A stretch of DNA of 40,000 bases from Heyndrickxia oleronia (lineage in GTDB: Bacteria; Bacillota; Bacilli; Bacillales; Bacillaceae_C), in the NCBI RefSeq assembly GCF_017809215.1, contig NZ_CP065424.1, positions 4,333,509-4,373,508 of the forward strand, in the 5' to 3' direction. Made by a program: the position numbers and the translations under genes. Within the stretch, counting starts at the first letter, position 1, and every line of letters begins with the position of its first letter. Shown one piece after another: positions 18,382 to 27,683 of this stretch. The notes below the pieces were generated by a model. The model was not told where the DNA came from. It did not search any database and worked only from the letters and a program-made list of their open reading frames with translations.

Positions 18382-18746
18382 TATGCGTAACCCTTCCAAA
18401 CAAGGAAAACTTCCTGGTGAGAAACATACACGAAGGGTTTTTTGGCAGATTCATATTCTTCACCATTAACTATGATGATATCTCCAGCCTTAACATCAAA
18501 GAGACTTGAAAGAAACATCTTCACGTCATAGTTAATAGCATTTGCTTCCCCTTGAACTGTATTATCAAGCTTTGGAGTGGAAAGACGACAAGGTACATCT
18601 GTATGCTTTATGATCCATTCCATACCATCAGCACCGTTTGGCTTCACTATTTCTTCATAGCGCTTAATTTCCGCTTTCTTGTCATACATAAACTCAACCG
18701 CTGAGGTAGCTTTTGCCATTATACTTGAAATGTTCATAGCTACCAC
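18381..18746 (-). CDS. Head closure / head-tail adaptor (XkdH-like)
   Basis: Synteny and size. Confidence 0.5.
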   Translation of the reverse strand: MVAMNISSIMAKATSAVEFMYDKKAEIKRYEEIVKPNGADGMEWIIKHTDVPCRLSTPKLDNTVQGEANAINYDVKMFLSSLFDVKAGDIIIVNGEEYESAKKPFVYVSHQEVFLVWKGYA

Positions 18747-19090
18747 CTTAACCTTCGAAAACGATTTAACTGTTTAGCGTAATCAAAAAGAAGTGCTTCT
18801 GTGGCTTTTTCACGATATTCTAATTGGACAGTACCAAAGTTTACTTGTACGTCACCTTCTTTAATGGATGATACAGCATTATTCTCTTCCGATTCATTTC
18901 TTCGATTTTCGCTATTCATTAAGTCAATAACCATATTTGCATGGACATAACGTAATTCAGTAGGAATATCTCTCCTATTACAATAATTCATAATAGCTTG
19001 ACCAACCTCATCGATGTAGATGTTTAACACACCATCATTTGGTTTTGGATCCGGAAGTTTCTCTTTAACAATATCAATGGTTTTCATCAT
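18740..19090 (-). CDS. gp6-like head-tail connector protein
   Basis: N-terminal pattern IDIVKEKLPDP..DGVLNIYIDEVGQAIMNYCNR; position after the capsid gene. Confidence 0.58.
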   Translation of the reverse strand: MMKTIDIVKEKLPDPKPNDGVLNIYIDEVGQAIMNYCNRRDIPTELRYVHANMVIDLMNSENRRNESEENNAVSSIKEGDVQVNFGTVQLEYREKATEALLFDYAKQLNRFRRLRW

Positions 19091-19382
19091 TAATTTCCTC
19101 CAAGTAGCTTTGAATAGCTTCTTGGATGTCTTCTTTCTTTGTTATTCCAGTTAAATCAACATTATGTTCGGATGCATATTCCTTTAACTCAGGAACCGTC
19201 ATTTCTTCAATTTCCTTTTGTTCAGTGGGTGTTTCAAGCAGCTCTTCAATATTACTAGTAATTACTTTTGAGTCCTTTAAAACATTTAATTGTTCCTCAT
19301 GGATTATTACAGTATCACCCTTACGATATGGATTTTTTCCGAACTTAACATTACGATTAAATGTAACTTTGAATTGTGTCAA
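19074..19382 (-). CDS. Hypothetical protein with SAP/Rho-N-like helix pair (TTG start)
   Basis: MTVPELKEYASEHNVDLTGITKKEDIQEAI resembles a SAP/HeH motif. GGAGGT lies 8 nt upstream of the TTG. Confidence 0.5.
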   Translation of the reverse strand: MTQFKVTFNRNVKFGKNPYRKGDTVIIHEEQLNVLKDSKVITSNIEELLETPTEQKEIEEMTVPELKEYASEHNVDLTGITKKEDIQEAIQSYLEEINDENH

Positions 19383-19400
19383 TTCACATTACCTCCATCC

Positions 19401-19431
19401 ATAAAAATAGAGAGGAACTAATCCTCTCTAT
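19401..19431 (-). terminator. Hairpin plus T-run immediately after the major capsid gene
   Basis: Perfect 10-bp stem ATAGAGAGGA/TCCTCTCTAT (19407-19431) followed on the minus strand by TTTTTAT. Confidence 0.6.
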
Positions 19432-20483
19432 TAATTAATCTTTGCTATGAAAATATTATCGATTGTTTCGAAGCTTGGTAGTACAATTTCAGAAACAATG
19501 GTTTCCACGTTAACAGGGTGAGGTTCTTTGATCGTGGTAATCGCCACACCAGTATTCACTATTTGAACATCTGCTGGAGAATTACCGGCCATTAAATCGG
19601 ATTCCTCTGGTGTTGTACCATAATAGATATTTCCTAGTGAACCGCTAGGCAGAAGTGTAAAATAATCGTCCGGATAGAAGTTCTGGGTTGTTTTATCCTC
19701 AGCAATGTACTTTTTATCATAAACAGCTACAGACAATCCTAGTTTTGTACTCAAGTATTGTTTGAGCATTGCTTCCGTCATAATAATATTTTGGCCGCCA
19801 ATTGGATTCATATCTAAACGGATGCTAGGATGATTCAATAGATAACCAAATGTTTTAGTCGTCATAATAGCATTTGTAGGTTTTGTTCCTGTGTTTTCTG
19901 CCACAGTTTTTTGCCAACGAATGATATCCTGAATTGGAGTAGAGTCTGGATTTGACCATTGGGCCCCGCCGACAAGTACTTCTTTATGATCATCTTTCAT
20001 TTTGTAATCATAATCATAGTCTTGTCGATTTGCACGAATGGAAATCTTTCCTTTGGACAACAGCTGCATAATCATTCTTTCAGGCTGTACTTCTGCACCG
20101 TTTACTAGATTAGTAACATCATCATAAATTCTAGTAATTAATGGCATTAAATAAGCTTCATTCGAAGAAGCAATTAACTTGTTTAATTCCTGACGGTCTT
20201 TTTCACCAATACGCATAGCTTCACGGAAAAATGGCATTTCCGTTTCTACTTTGCTAAATCCAATACGATCACGTAATGTAGCTTTTGTATCGAACTCCGA
20301 AGGCATTAGAGCTACGGGTAAACCATTTGCTCCCTTAATCCAACTAAGATCAAGTCCAAGCTGCTTTTTAGCTGGAAACAATGTTTGTCCAAGTAGAGGT
20401 ATTTTGTTGGATGTTGACTCTGTATAATATGATGCAATATTCCTTGCATTAACTAAATCAAAAATGGTTGGCATTATATTCAT
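19431..20483 (-). CDS. Major capsid protein (capsid-E / XkdG-like)
   Basis: 350 aa; N-terminal FDLVNARNIASYY...LFPAKKQLGLDLSWIKG pattern; position after the scaffold gene. Confidence 0.82.
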   Translation of the reverse strand: MNIMPTIFDLVNARNIASYYTESTSNKIPLLGQTLFPAKKQLGLDLSWIKGANGLPVALMPSEFDTKATLRDRIGFSKVETEMPFFREAMRIGEKDRQELNKLIASSNEAYLMPLITRIYDDVTNLVNGAEVQPERMIMQLLSKGKISIRANRQDYDYDYKMKDDHKEVLVGGAQWSNPDSTPIQDIIRWQKTVAENTGTKPTNAIMTTKTFGYLLNHPSIRLDMNPIGGQNIIMTEAMLKQYLSTKLGLSVAVYDKKYIAEDKTTQNFYPDDYFTLLPSGSLGNIYYGTTPEESDLMAGNSPADVQIVNTGVAITTIKEPHPVNVETIVSEIVLPSFETIDNIFIAKIN

Positions 20484-20489
20484 CCTCTC

Positions 20490-20864
20490 TTATTTCAAAA
20501 ATGTTATTTGTTTTAATGCTGCTTTATCCTCTTTAGTTGGGGCTTTAGGTAATTTGTCCAGTGCCACAAATCCATGGATAAGCAATGCTCCTGATGCTGG
20601 ACCATATGTGACATCTACATCACTAAAGAGAATACCTTCTGCATTTGAGCCGTTCTCATCGGTTGATGCTTTTACAGCTAGTGCATTATCATCTGTCAAA
20701 ACTCCGCCACCCAAAATAGTACCTGCAGCAACAATCTTTTTCCCTTCAGCATTTGCTGCAATTCCTTCATCACTAACAGTTATAGCTAAGTTCACATAGT
20801 GGTCAGGAAACTTTAAAATCTCTGTTTTATTTCCATATTGAGTTTCAATAAATTTCATGTTCAT
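20490..20864 (-). CDS. Capsid-associated protein (possible decoration protein)
   Basis: Position between the scaffold and capsid genes only. Confidence 0.4.
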   Translation of the reverse strand: MNMKFIETQYGNKTEILKFPDHYVNLAITVSDEGIAANAEGKKIVAAGTILGGGVLTDDNALAVKASTDENGSNAEGILFSDVDVTYGPASGALLIHGFVALDKLPKAPTKEDKAALKQITFLK

Positions 20865-20872
20865 CCTCCTCG

Positions 20873-21493
20873 TTAATTAAAATACGAATCACGTGCCTTA
20901 TCTAAATCTTTGTTATTCGTTGCGAAATTAGCAAGATTCTTTCCGAAATCTTCATTTGTTTTTTGTTGATCATCATTCTTCTGTGTTGTTCCACCTACAG
21001 GGGTGAAACCACGAAAACCGCCGCTATTTCCCTCATCTTTTTGGACAAACAAAAAGGACTTCGATTCTTGCAGTGTTTTAATCTGCTCATCAAGTCCCTT
21101 TGTGATGTTTCCATCTTCTCCTAATTCAATTGTTGATTTATCAATAAGTCTTGCTACTAAATCAGCGTCATGCACTTTACCATTAAGAGCAAGTTTAAGC
21201 GCACTTGATAACTGTGTATCTTTGATTTTCTTCTCATATGATACCTTATCGTCGTCGTACTGTTTTTGCAGATTTGTAAGCTGCATTTGTAAATCTTCAC
21301 TACCTTCTGCCTTTTTCTTTAAATCTTTCAGATCCTTATCTCTCTGAGTAAGTTGTCCTTTCAGATCGTCAAGACTCGATTGAAGATCATTTGCTTTTAT
21401 TTTATGAGTTTCAACGGTTTTTCCATGTTCAGCCATGATTTTTTCAATAGCCTCTTTTTCAAGGCCTAAACCTTCTAAAAATTCTCTTTTCAT
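20873..21493 (-). CDS. Scaffold protein (GP20 family-like)
   Basis: Coiled-coil, charged. N-terminus FLEGLGLEKEAIEKIMAEHGK is typical of the GP20 family. Confidence 0.7.
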   Translation of the reverse strand: MKREFLEGLGLEKEAIEKIMAEHGKTVETHKIKANDLQSSLDDLKGQLTQRDKDLKDLKKKAEGSEDLQMQLTNLQKQYDDDKVSYEKKIKDTQLSSALKLALNGKVHDADLVARLIDKSTIELGEDGNITKGLDEQIKTLQESKSFLFVQKDEGNSGGFRGFTPVGGTTQKNDDQQKTNEDFGKNLANFATNNKDLDKARDSYFN

Positions 21494-21604
21494 GAATATA
21501 TTCCTCCTTGGTACGATTTTTTACGTGGTTACGTCCACGACCAGCTTTGAATCTTTTACGTCTGCAAATGCTAAAAAGACGAATAGATAAATAAGGTATC
21601 ATTG

Positions 21605-21808
21605 TTATTCGTATAGCGGCCTGACTTTAATAATTTCTATTGCTTGTTGTTCCGTAAATCCTTCAGAAACTAAGCTATCATACTTAGCTTTTAAAACTTT
21701 GGCAGTAACGGCAGTGCTTTGAATAAAGTAAGGTAAATTACGTTTCAGCTCATCAATAGCCATTTCCATTTCAATATTGGTTAATTTACCATTTGTTATT
21801 TGCTCCAT
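21605..21808 (-). CDS. Hypothetical protein
   Basis: ORF track; SD GGGAGGATAAAAG precedes the ATG. Confidence 0.5.
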   Translation of the reverse strand: MEQITNGKLTNIEMEMAIDELKRNLPYFIQSTAVTAKVLKAKYDSLVSEGFTEQQAIEIIKVRPLYE

Positions 21809-21821
21809 CTTTTATCCTCCC

Positions 21822-22844
21822 TTATTTCACATATTTCTTAAACCATTCTTCATAAGTAATAGAGTCTATCAAACCACTTGCTGACTGTCTTTTCTCGTCT
21901 ACTGTGTATTCTGATTCATCAAAATATGGAATTGTAGTAGAACGACAGCGCACATGAAATGGTGGTGCTGTTTTACCAGGTTTATAGTCCTTTTCTGCGT
22001 ATATCTTACCATCTTGATGCCTGCAAATTTCGGAGGTTCTACTGTCCAAAGTGGCCAGTATTTCATAGCGTTCAATCTCTGCATCCGAATAGCTTTTTTG
22101 TGCTGCTACATTATGAAAAAAATTAGCTTCTGTTCTTACAAGTGCTTCGGCTCTTGAAAGGGTTACATCTGTGACATCCATTATTGCTTTAGTTGTCTTT
22201 TGAATTGACCGACCCGAAGCAAAACTTCTCTCAAGTTCTTTACGGATTGCTTGTCTTGCTGATTCTTGATGACCCCAAATCCGTTCTGAAAACTCTTTCC
22301 CACTCCAATTGTAGGAAAGAACCTCTTGCATCGTTTCATCGGACAAAGCTATAACCGTACCTGTCATAACTCCCTGCTCTGTAAGATCAAACATCGTTTT
22401 ATAATACGAATTTTGATAGACATCAACCAATCCAGTATAGGTGTATTCTTGCAATCCGTTAACACCGCTATATAATTCAGCCATTCTCATTTCAATTTGA
22501 AGATTAAGAGCTTCCAATCGAGAAATACGGACCCGATAACTTACTGCATTCAAGATTCGATCATATCCAGGATTTCCGGATAACGACATTTCTCTAAATC
22601 TCTTTAAATCTATATTCCTAAAATCACTCAATTCTTTTGGAGTCAAATACTTCTTTGCATCTGCTATGGAAATTTGATTTTCATTTGCATACCTGGAATA
22701 AAAAGATTCAATCTGTCTCAAGATATCATGTTGGGCTTCTCTTAGGCTTTCTTCCATCTTTGTTAGGTACTTGCTAACAATAATCTGAGACTCTATTTCT
22801 CGTTGTACAGAACGACCTTCCCAATACTTTTTATTACTACTCAT
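21822..22844 (-). CDS. Head morphogenesis protein (SPP1 gp7 / Mu F family)
   Basis: 340 aa directly after the portal gene with an 8-nt overlap. C-terminal PPFHVRCRST motif. Confidence 0.78.
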   Translation of the reverse strand: MSSNKKYWEGRSVQREIESQIIVSKYLTKMEESLREAQHDILRQIESFYSRYANENQISIADAKKYLTPKELSDFRNIDLKRFREMSLSGNPGYDRILNAVSYRVRISRLEALNLQIEMRMAELYSGVNGLQEYTYTGLVDVYQNSYYKTMFDLTEQGVMTGTVIALSDETMQEVLSYNWSGKEFSERIWGHQESARQAIRKELERSFASGRSIQKTTKAIMDVTDVTLSRAEALVRTEANFFHNVAAQKSYSDAEIERYEILATLDSRTSEICRHQDGKIYAEKDYKPGKTAPPFHVRCRSTTIPYFDESEYTVDEKRQSASGLIDSITYEEWFKKYVK

Positions 22845-24291
22845 CGTTCTTCACATCTTCAAACGTATCTTTATAATCTTCTTGCCGATTGTATTGCTTT
22901 TCAAGACGTTGTATTTCATCTTGGACGTTTGTTACCCAAGGATGATTAGCAATAATCGTTTCATCAGAAATTTGTCCCGTACTCTTACTAGCATTTTCGA
23001 TTACTTCAGATTCATTGATGATAATATCCCTATTAAAGATAAACTCAACCTCTTGGCTGGAATAGTCCTTAGCTGTACGAATCGCTATATCTTGGTCAAT
23101 GAACCACTTTAGCTGCTCAAGTGCTGCCTGAAACTCTGTTTCTATGATATTTGCATCCATATCTAAATCGGCATATAAAAAACGTAGAGCAATACCCGAT
23201 TGATCATTTCCTAAACGATCTGACTGAGTATCTACTCCACGTCCTAACTCGTATAAATCTTTACGTTGCATTTCCATATGCGTTTTAAATGCTTCTGTAT
23301 CAATTTCTAAATTTAAAGTTTCCAGACCACCTTCTTCGGTTACCTTAACAGCTCGGTATACAGATAAATTACGTCTAAACTCCCCTAAATCAGTACCGTC
23401 ATAATTCTTTACAACATAAATACCTCCATTAGGTAATTCTTCAAGGTTATTAGAGTTATCTGATTTCTGCTTATCGTAGTCATCTACAATGGACTTAACA
23501 TAGTTGAGAATTGGTAACTCTTCATCGTTATACTTAAAGCAAACAAAAGGAACACGATTCCAATTTACTCCTTCCAATTCATCTCCGTTCTCTCTAATTA
23601 AATGTGGACTATATTCCCCAACTTCTACATCAGGAATTAATTTTCCCTTGTGGACTACATAACGATAAACTCCAGTTGAATCCCATACCTCAACTTTATG
23701 GACTGTTTCTTTCTTTTTACCTATCCACTGTTTAACTCGAAAAGAGCGAATGATATAATCAAGCTCAGTCCTTTCTGAATCCTTCCAAAAAGCTATAATT
23801 TCTTCAGAGGGAATACGTTTAAATTTAAAGTTTCCTTGCTCGTCATAATAAATATGAATCCAAGCTTTCCCTTTATTAATTGCTTCTTTCCCTACATTTT
23901 GGAACATTCGGTAGAATTTTTTATTAAAGTATTCAGTAAGTAATTCCATATATTCTTTATTTTCATTTTGTATAGTGAATGGCAAACTAAGCAAATATCC
24001 AATCTTCTGATCCACCAACTTTCGTATGAACCCATGAACGATTTTGTTATTTGCGATGTTGTTCACTTCCTGAAGCGCTCCACCTTCTCCTACAACCATT
24101 TTCTTTCTCTCTAAAATGTCATGCTTATTTTCATAATATCGTTGACCATCTAACATCATTTTTCTTAAAGATGAATCTTCCCACTCATTGACTTCATACA
24201 TAATGATTTCAACGTCAGTTATGACATTTTTAGCACCTTCTTCAATGATTCTATTATATTTTTCTGTTAAGGTTTCGCTGAATGGATCCAT
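22837..24291 (-). CDS. Portal protein (SPP1 gp6-like)
   Basis: 484 aa, directly downstream of TerL. Confidence 0.82.
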   Translation of the reverse strand: MDPFSETLTEKYNRIIEEGAKNVITDVEIIMYEVNEWEDSSLRKMMLDGQRYYENKHDILERKKMVVGEGGALQEVNNIANNKIVHGFIRKLVDQKIGYLLSLPFTIQNENKEYMELLTEYFNKKFYRMFQNVGKEAINKGKAWIHIYYDEQGNFKFKRIPSEEIIAFWKDSERTELDYIIRSFRVKQWIGKKKETVHKVEVWDSTGVYRYVVHKGKLIPDVEVGEYSPHLIRENGDELEGVNWNRVPFVCFKYNDEELPILNYVKSIVDDYDKQKSDNSNNLEELPNGGIYVVKNYDGTDLGEFRRNLSVYRAVKVTEEGGLETLNLEIDTEAFKTHMEMQRKDLYELGRGVDTQSDRLGNDQSGIALRFLYADLDMDANIIETEFQAALEQLKWFIDQDIAIRTAKDYSSQEVEFIFNRDIIINESEVIENASKSTGQISDETIIANHPWVTNVQDEIQRLEKQYNRQEDYKDTFEDVKNDE

Positions 24292-24313
24292 TTTTTATAT
24301 CCTCCTTTCCTTT

Positions 24314-25639
24314 TTAATCAAATGAAACGCCAGACTTTCGTAAGACTACAGTATTTACAAAATAACGATCACCGTCCATATGATGATCATTTTGTTTAAT
24401 CGGTTTATCTTCACCACGATCTGCAGCTTTTTCATCCCAGATATAGGAGGAAAACTCTCGGAAAGTTTCTTTACAGCAGTCGTTAAAAAGAATTAATTTC
24501 TTTGTCAATGCGGTTCCAACGTTTCTTATACCATCTATTACATCATTCTGAGCTTTTATCACTCGATAACCATTCTTCTTTAATAAAGTGATAAAAGATG
24601 CAGCAGAGGGATCCACAATAATTCCTTGTAAACTACTAATATCTTCTAAGAACTTTTGCAAATCTACCAGGTACTCTTGATCTGTCTTCTGCTTACTCCT
24701 TTGACGGCCATCATAATGGTACTCTTTTGTTTTATACCAGATTCCATCATAAAGACCCCAAAGACCGAATGTCGTTGGGTTTTGTGTACCGTAGTCAATA
24801 CTTACATAGTACTTTGTATATCTCCTTTTAATCGTTGGAACAACATGCTTGTCTTTATCGAACATGTCATAGATAATACCTTCAGCAAGCACCCATAATC
24901 CTAAAATGAAACGCTGATAGAAAATGCCTTTATACATTCTCTTATAACGTTCTTTAGTCTTCTCAGTAAGTGAAAGATTATCATCCATCGTAAAATGGAT
25001 ATGAAGCATATTCTTCTCTTTAAGTTGATCAAGGTATTCGATTTTAAACCAATGATAAGGACCAGCTGGGTTACAGTTGAACCAAAACTTTGCCCCATCA
25101 ATCGAACAACGAGCAGTCGCTTGATTGACGAAGGATTGAGGCATTAACGCTACCTCATCAAAGAACATCCCACCCAATGTGATACCTTGTATTAAATCTT
25201 GTGAACCTTCATCTTTTCCACCAAATACATAAAAATAATTTGTTTTCCCTTTATAACTAATAGTTAAGAAATTGTCTGCTCGATGGTCTTTAACCTTGTA
25301 CCCTCTAGCTTTGAGCATTCTCTTTAAAGGAGTAATGACATTGCGACGAAAGGAACCGATGGTTTTCCCTGCCATACCAAGATTTACTTCATGAAAAGTG
25401 TCCATTCCCCACATCACATAGGAAAGAGACATAACAACAGTTTTACCAGCACGAACAGAGCCATCACAAATAATCCCGTCTTTATCTTTGACAGGCGATC
25501 CATTTCTCCACCAAGTTAAGACTTGCTTTTGCTTCAAGGAAAACGGCTTAAATTTAAATGGTGCAGGTTTCTTTCGTTTTGATGCATTAGATAAAAACGA
25601 GAAGCTTTTAACTGTCTTCGTCGGTTGTGTTGTTAACAT
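24314..25639 (-). CDS. terL: Terminase large subunit (PBSX family)
   Basis: Walker A-like GSVRAGKT, Walker B-like MFFDEV, C-terminal nuclease-type acidic residues; size. Confidence 0.9.
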   Translation of the reverse strand: MLTTQPTKTVKSFSFLSNASKRKKPAPFKFKPFSLKQKQVLTWWRNGSPVKDKDGIICDGSVRAGKTVVMSLSYVMWGMDTFHEVNLGMAGKTIGSFRRNVITPLKRMLKARGYKVKDHRADNFLTISYKGKTNYFYVFGGKDEGSQDLIQGITLGGMFFDEVALMPQSFVNQATARCSIDGAKFWFNCNPAGPYHWFKIEYLDQLKEKNMLHIHFTMDDNLSLTEKTKERYKRMYKGIFYQRFILGLWVLAEGIIYDMFDKDKHVVPTIKRRYTKYYVSIDYGTQNPTTFGLWGLYDGIWYKTKEYHYDGRQRSKQKTDQEYLVDLQKFLEDISSLQGIIVDPSAASFITLLKKNGYRVIKAQNDVIDGIRNVGTALTKKLILFNDCCKETFREFSSYIWDEKAADRGEDKPIKQNDHHMDGDRYFVNTVVLRKSGVSFD

Positions 25640-26522
25640 CTGTCCACACCTCCGAAGTTGTAGAATTTAGTGCATCCTCAAAACCATCATCCTCATACTC
25701 TTCATTGTCATCGCCACCAAATACTTTATGATGAGCAATTTTAAGTTTCTCTTCCTCAATCTGACGTTTGAATTTATCTGGAAATAGATCAAAATACAGA
25801 GCAAGCTTATCCAATGCTTTCATACGATCTTCAAGCTTAATAGAAACTCCATCTTTGCCCTGCTTCACTTCTGATATGATAGTTCCATCTACAATGCCTG
25901 ATTCTTTGAAATCAACATAATTGACCTCTTTCATAACTGGATATCCATTTTCATCTTCAACTGGACCAAAGGCACCCATAACTTGGACTTCTCTTTGACC
26001 GAATGTTAGATAGTCCGTTATATCAGAAAATGCAATCTTAATATACTTATTCAGCACATCCATTGCTTCAATAAAGAGCTCATTGGTCATGTACTGCTTA
26101 ATACGCTTAATTTCCTCTCGAACTCTAACATTACCTAACAATCGTGGACCTTGCACATGAGCTGTTGCTGGAGAATACCCAGCTTTGATTGCAGACTGTG
26201 TTGCATTAAAACTTCTTACATAATAAAGACAGAATAACCTTTGTTTTTCAGTCAGTTCACTATCTTCAAGAAAATTATCTAAGGTAATTTCTTCATCTGG
26301 GGCTCTTGCCTTTTTGGGAGCACTATTATTTGGAACGTTCCGTATTTTCTTTTGGAACGTTCCATTTAGTTTTTCATCCCATTTATCTTTGTTTTTCCAT
26401 CCTCGAACAGTACCTTCTGCAACCCCTAATTCTTCTGCAATATCCTTTAATTTAGATTCACCATTAGATTTTTTATAAATCTCAAATGCTTCATCTCGTT
26501 TAGGATCTCTTTTTCTTGGCAC
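25608..26522 (-). CDS. terS: Terminase small subunit with N-terminal HTH (GTG start)
   Basis: LKDIAEELGVAEGTVRGWK HTH plus QRLFCLYYVRSFNATQSAIKAGYS (Terminase_2-type motif). Overlaps terL. Confidence 0.85.
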   Translation of the reverse strand: MPRKRDPKRDEAFEIYKKSNGESKLKDIAEELGVAEGTVRGWKNKDKWDEKLNGTFQKKIRNVPNNSAPKKARAPDEEITLDNFLEDSELTEKQRLFCLYYVRSFNATQSAIKAGYSPATAHVQGPRLLGNVRVREEIKRIKQYMTNELFIEAMDVLNKYIKIAFSDITDYLTFGQREVQVMGAFGPVEDENGYPVMKEVNYVDFKESGIVDGTIISEVKQGKDGVSIKLEDRMKALDKLALYFDLFPDKFKRQIEEEKLKIAHHKVFGGDDNEEYEDDGFEDALNSTTSEVWTDVNNTTDEDS

Positions 26523-26565
26523 TACATATCACCCACCTCCAGATGTATCAAAAAATTCCGGTCAT

Positions 26566-26595
26566 AAGAAAAAGCCGTTTATTATTAAACGGCTT
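26566..26595 (-). terminator. Strong intrinsic terminator directly upstream of terS
   Basis: Minus strand reads AAGCCGTTT-AATAAT-AAACGGCTT followed by TTTTCTTAT. Confidence 0.7.
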
Positions 26596-26610
26596 AACAT
26601 AACTAATTTA

Positions 26611-26847
26611 TTACCAATCACGATTTTCAAGGTAATTAAGGTACTTATTCAAAAATTCTTTTTGATCATTCAAATCTTCAACCGCAAACTCATAACGATT
26701 AAGCCCACCTAAAATTTCACCATTGTCACCTTTTTTATCAATATGACCAATGATAATGCTTCTATCTTCCAATTCTTTGATAGAAAATTCAATAATATTA
26801 TCTTTTGTTTCTAGGGAATTAAAAATACCTAATATACTCATGCTCAC
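26611..26847 (-). CDS. Hypothetical protein (78 aa)
   Basis: ORF track; GAGGAGGTG SD. Confidence 0.55.
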   Translation of the reverse strand: MSMSILGIFNSLETKDNIIEFSIKELEDRSIIIGHIDKKGDNGEILGGLNRYEFAVEDLNDQKEFLNKYLNYLENRDW

Positions 26848-26861
26848 ACCTCCTCTCTTCC

Positions 26862-26897
26862 ACTAACTTCGACAAAAGGAGACTTTTTTCCTACTTA
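26862..26897 (-). promoter_or_regulatory. Conserved 36-nt box, copy 1 (minus strand TAAGTAGGAAAAAAGTCTCCTTTTGTCGAAGTtAGT)
   Basis: Identical except for one base to 27184-27219. Both copies sit just upstream of the SD of a small gene. Confidence 0.5.
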
Positions 26898-26905
26898 ATA
26901 AATGT

Positions 26906-26932
26906 AAAAAGCACCCAAAAGGATGCTTTTAA
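26906..26932. terminator. Hairpin with flanking A and T runs (bidirectional terminator-like)
   Basis: AAAAAGCACCC-AAAA-GGATGCTTTT lies between the 70-aa gene stop and box copy 1. Confidence 0.5.
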
Positions 26933-26951
26933 TCAACATACTACTTAATTA

Positions 26952-27164
26952 TTAATAATCGTCCAAATTTATTTCTTCTACAAGAGTAACCTCAGTTGCT
27001 ACAACATGATCGGTATTTATATATATCGCATAATGTTTTCCAATCTCAAAATGATTTTCTTGCATCATAGCAGTTGCCTTTGCTGCATTTAAAGAACTAG
27101 CTTCAATTTGTTGTTCGAATTCCTTACCGCTCACTGTATGGTATTTAATTAAATATTTCGGCAT
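26952..27164 (-). CDS. Hypothetical protein (70 aa)
   Basis: ORF track; AAAGGAGGGAG SD. Confidence 0.55.
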   Translation of the reverse strand: MPKYLIKYHTVSGKEFEQQIEASSLNAAKATAMMQENHFEIGKHYAIYINTDHVVATEVTLVEEINLDDY

Positions 27165-27183
27165 ATTCTCCCTCCTTTTATCT

Positions 27184-27219
27184 ACTTACTTCGACAAAAG
27201 GAGACTTTTTTCCTACTTA
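27184..27219 (-). promoter_or_regulatory. Conserved 36-nt box, copy 2
   Basis: See 26862-26897. Confidence 0.5.
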
Positions 27220-27330
27220 TAGCCAGATGAAAACTAAATAAAAAAATCCATAATTAGTATAAGCCTTCAAAAATGGAATAATGCCTCCCTTAACAGTCAA
27301 TACTAACAATAGAAAGGAGGCGTTAAACCA

Positions 27331-27399
27331 ATGCAGATTAAAATCTCTTTAAGCTTTTCCGAGTTGATTTTACTAATTTGGCTTTTCTATTTCTTATAA
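27331..27399 (+). CDS. 22-aa hydrophobic peptide MQIKISLSFSELILLIWLFYFL (candidate type I toxin-like ORF)
   Basis: GAAAGGAGG SD 10 nt upstream. The SD can pair with 27280-27291. A terminator follows 15 nt after the stop. The only plus-strand unit in this leader. Confidence 0.4.
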   Translation: MQIKISLSFSELILLIWLFYFL

Positions 27400-27414
27400 T
27401 GCTGAACATTTTGA

Positions 27415-27447
27415 AATGCTCTAGCCCTTACTAGGGCATTTCATTTT
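27415..27447 (+). terminator. Intrinsic terminator after the 22-aa ORF
   Basis: AATGCTCTAG-CCCTTA-CTAGGGCATT followed by TCATTTT. Confidence 0.55.
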
Positions 27448-27603
27448 GTAATGCCTTTCACTAATAACATGTCCACACTTGGCGAATAAAATACTCTTAA
27501 ATTAATTAAATTTATATAAAGAGCTTAACAAACGCTATTATTTAGACCCTTCTCAATCCTTGTCATATCAAGTGTTTATGTTCATAAAATAATTAAATTT
27601 ATA

Positions 27604-27630
27604 ACCCCCACCGAAAGGTGGAGCTTTTCA
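27604..27630. terminator. Hairpin downstream of the late-regulator gene
   Basis: Minus strand reads CTCCACC-TTTC-GGTGGGG (7 bp with a T-G wobble) followed by an AT-rich tract. The plus-strand form is followed by CTTTTC. Confidence 0.4.
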
Positions 27631-27683
27631 AAACGATCTATTTACAGGCCAGGTTTAACTACCGCGCCGTCCTGCCTCCCATT

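Noticed and set aside
26862-27219. Reading the 36-nt boxes as ECF-type promoters (GGAAAA..CGAA), and relating them to the lysis-gene leaders
   Set aside because: Spacing differs by 4-5 nt between the two element classes and the resemblance to ECF consensus is loose. Kept only as an untested idea, not a call.
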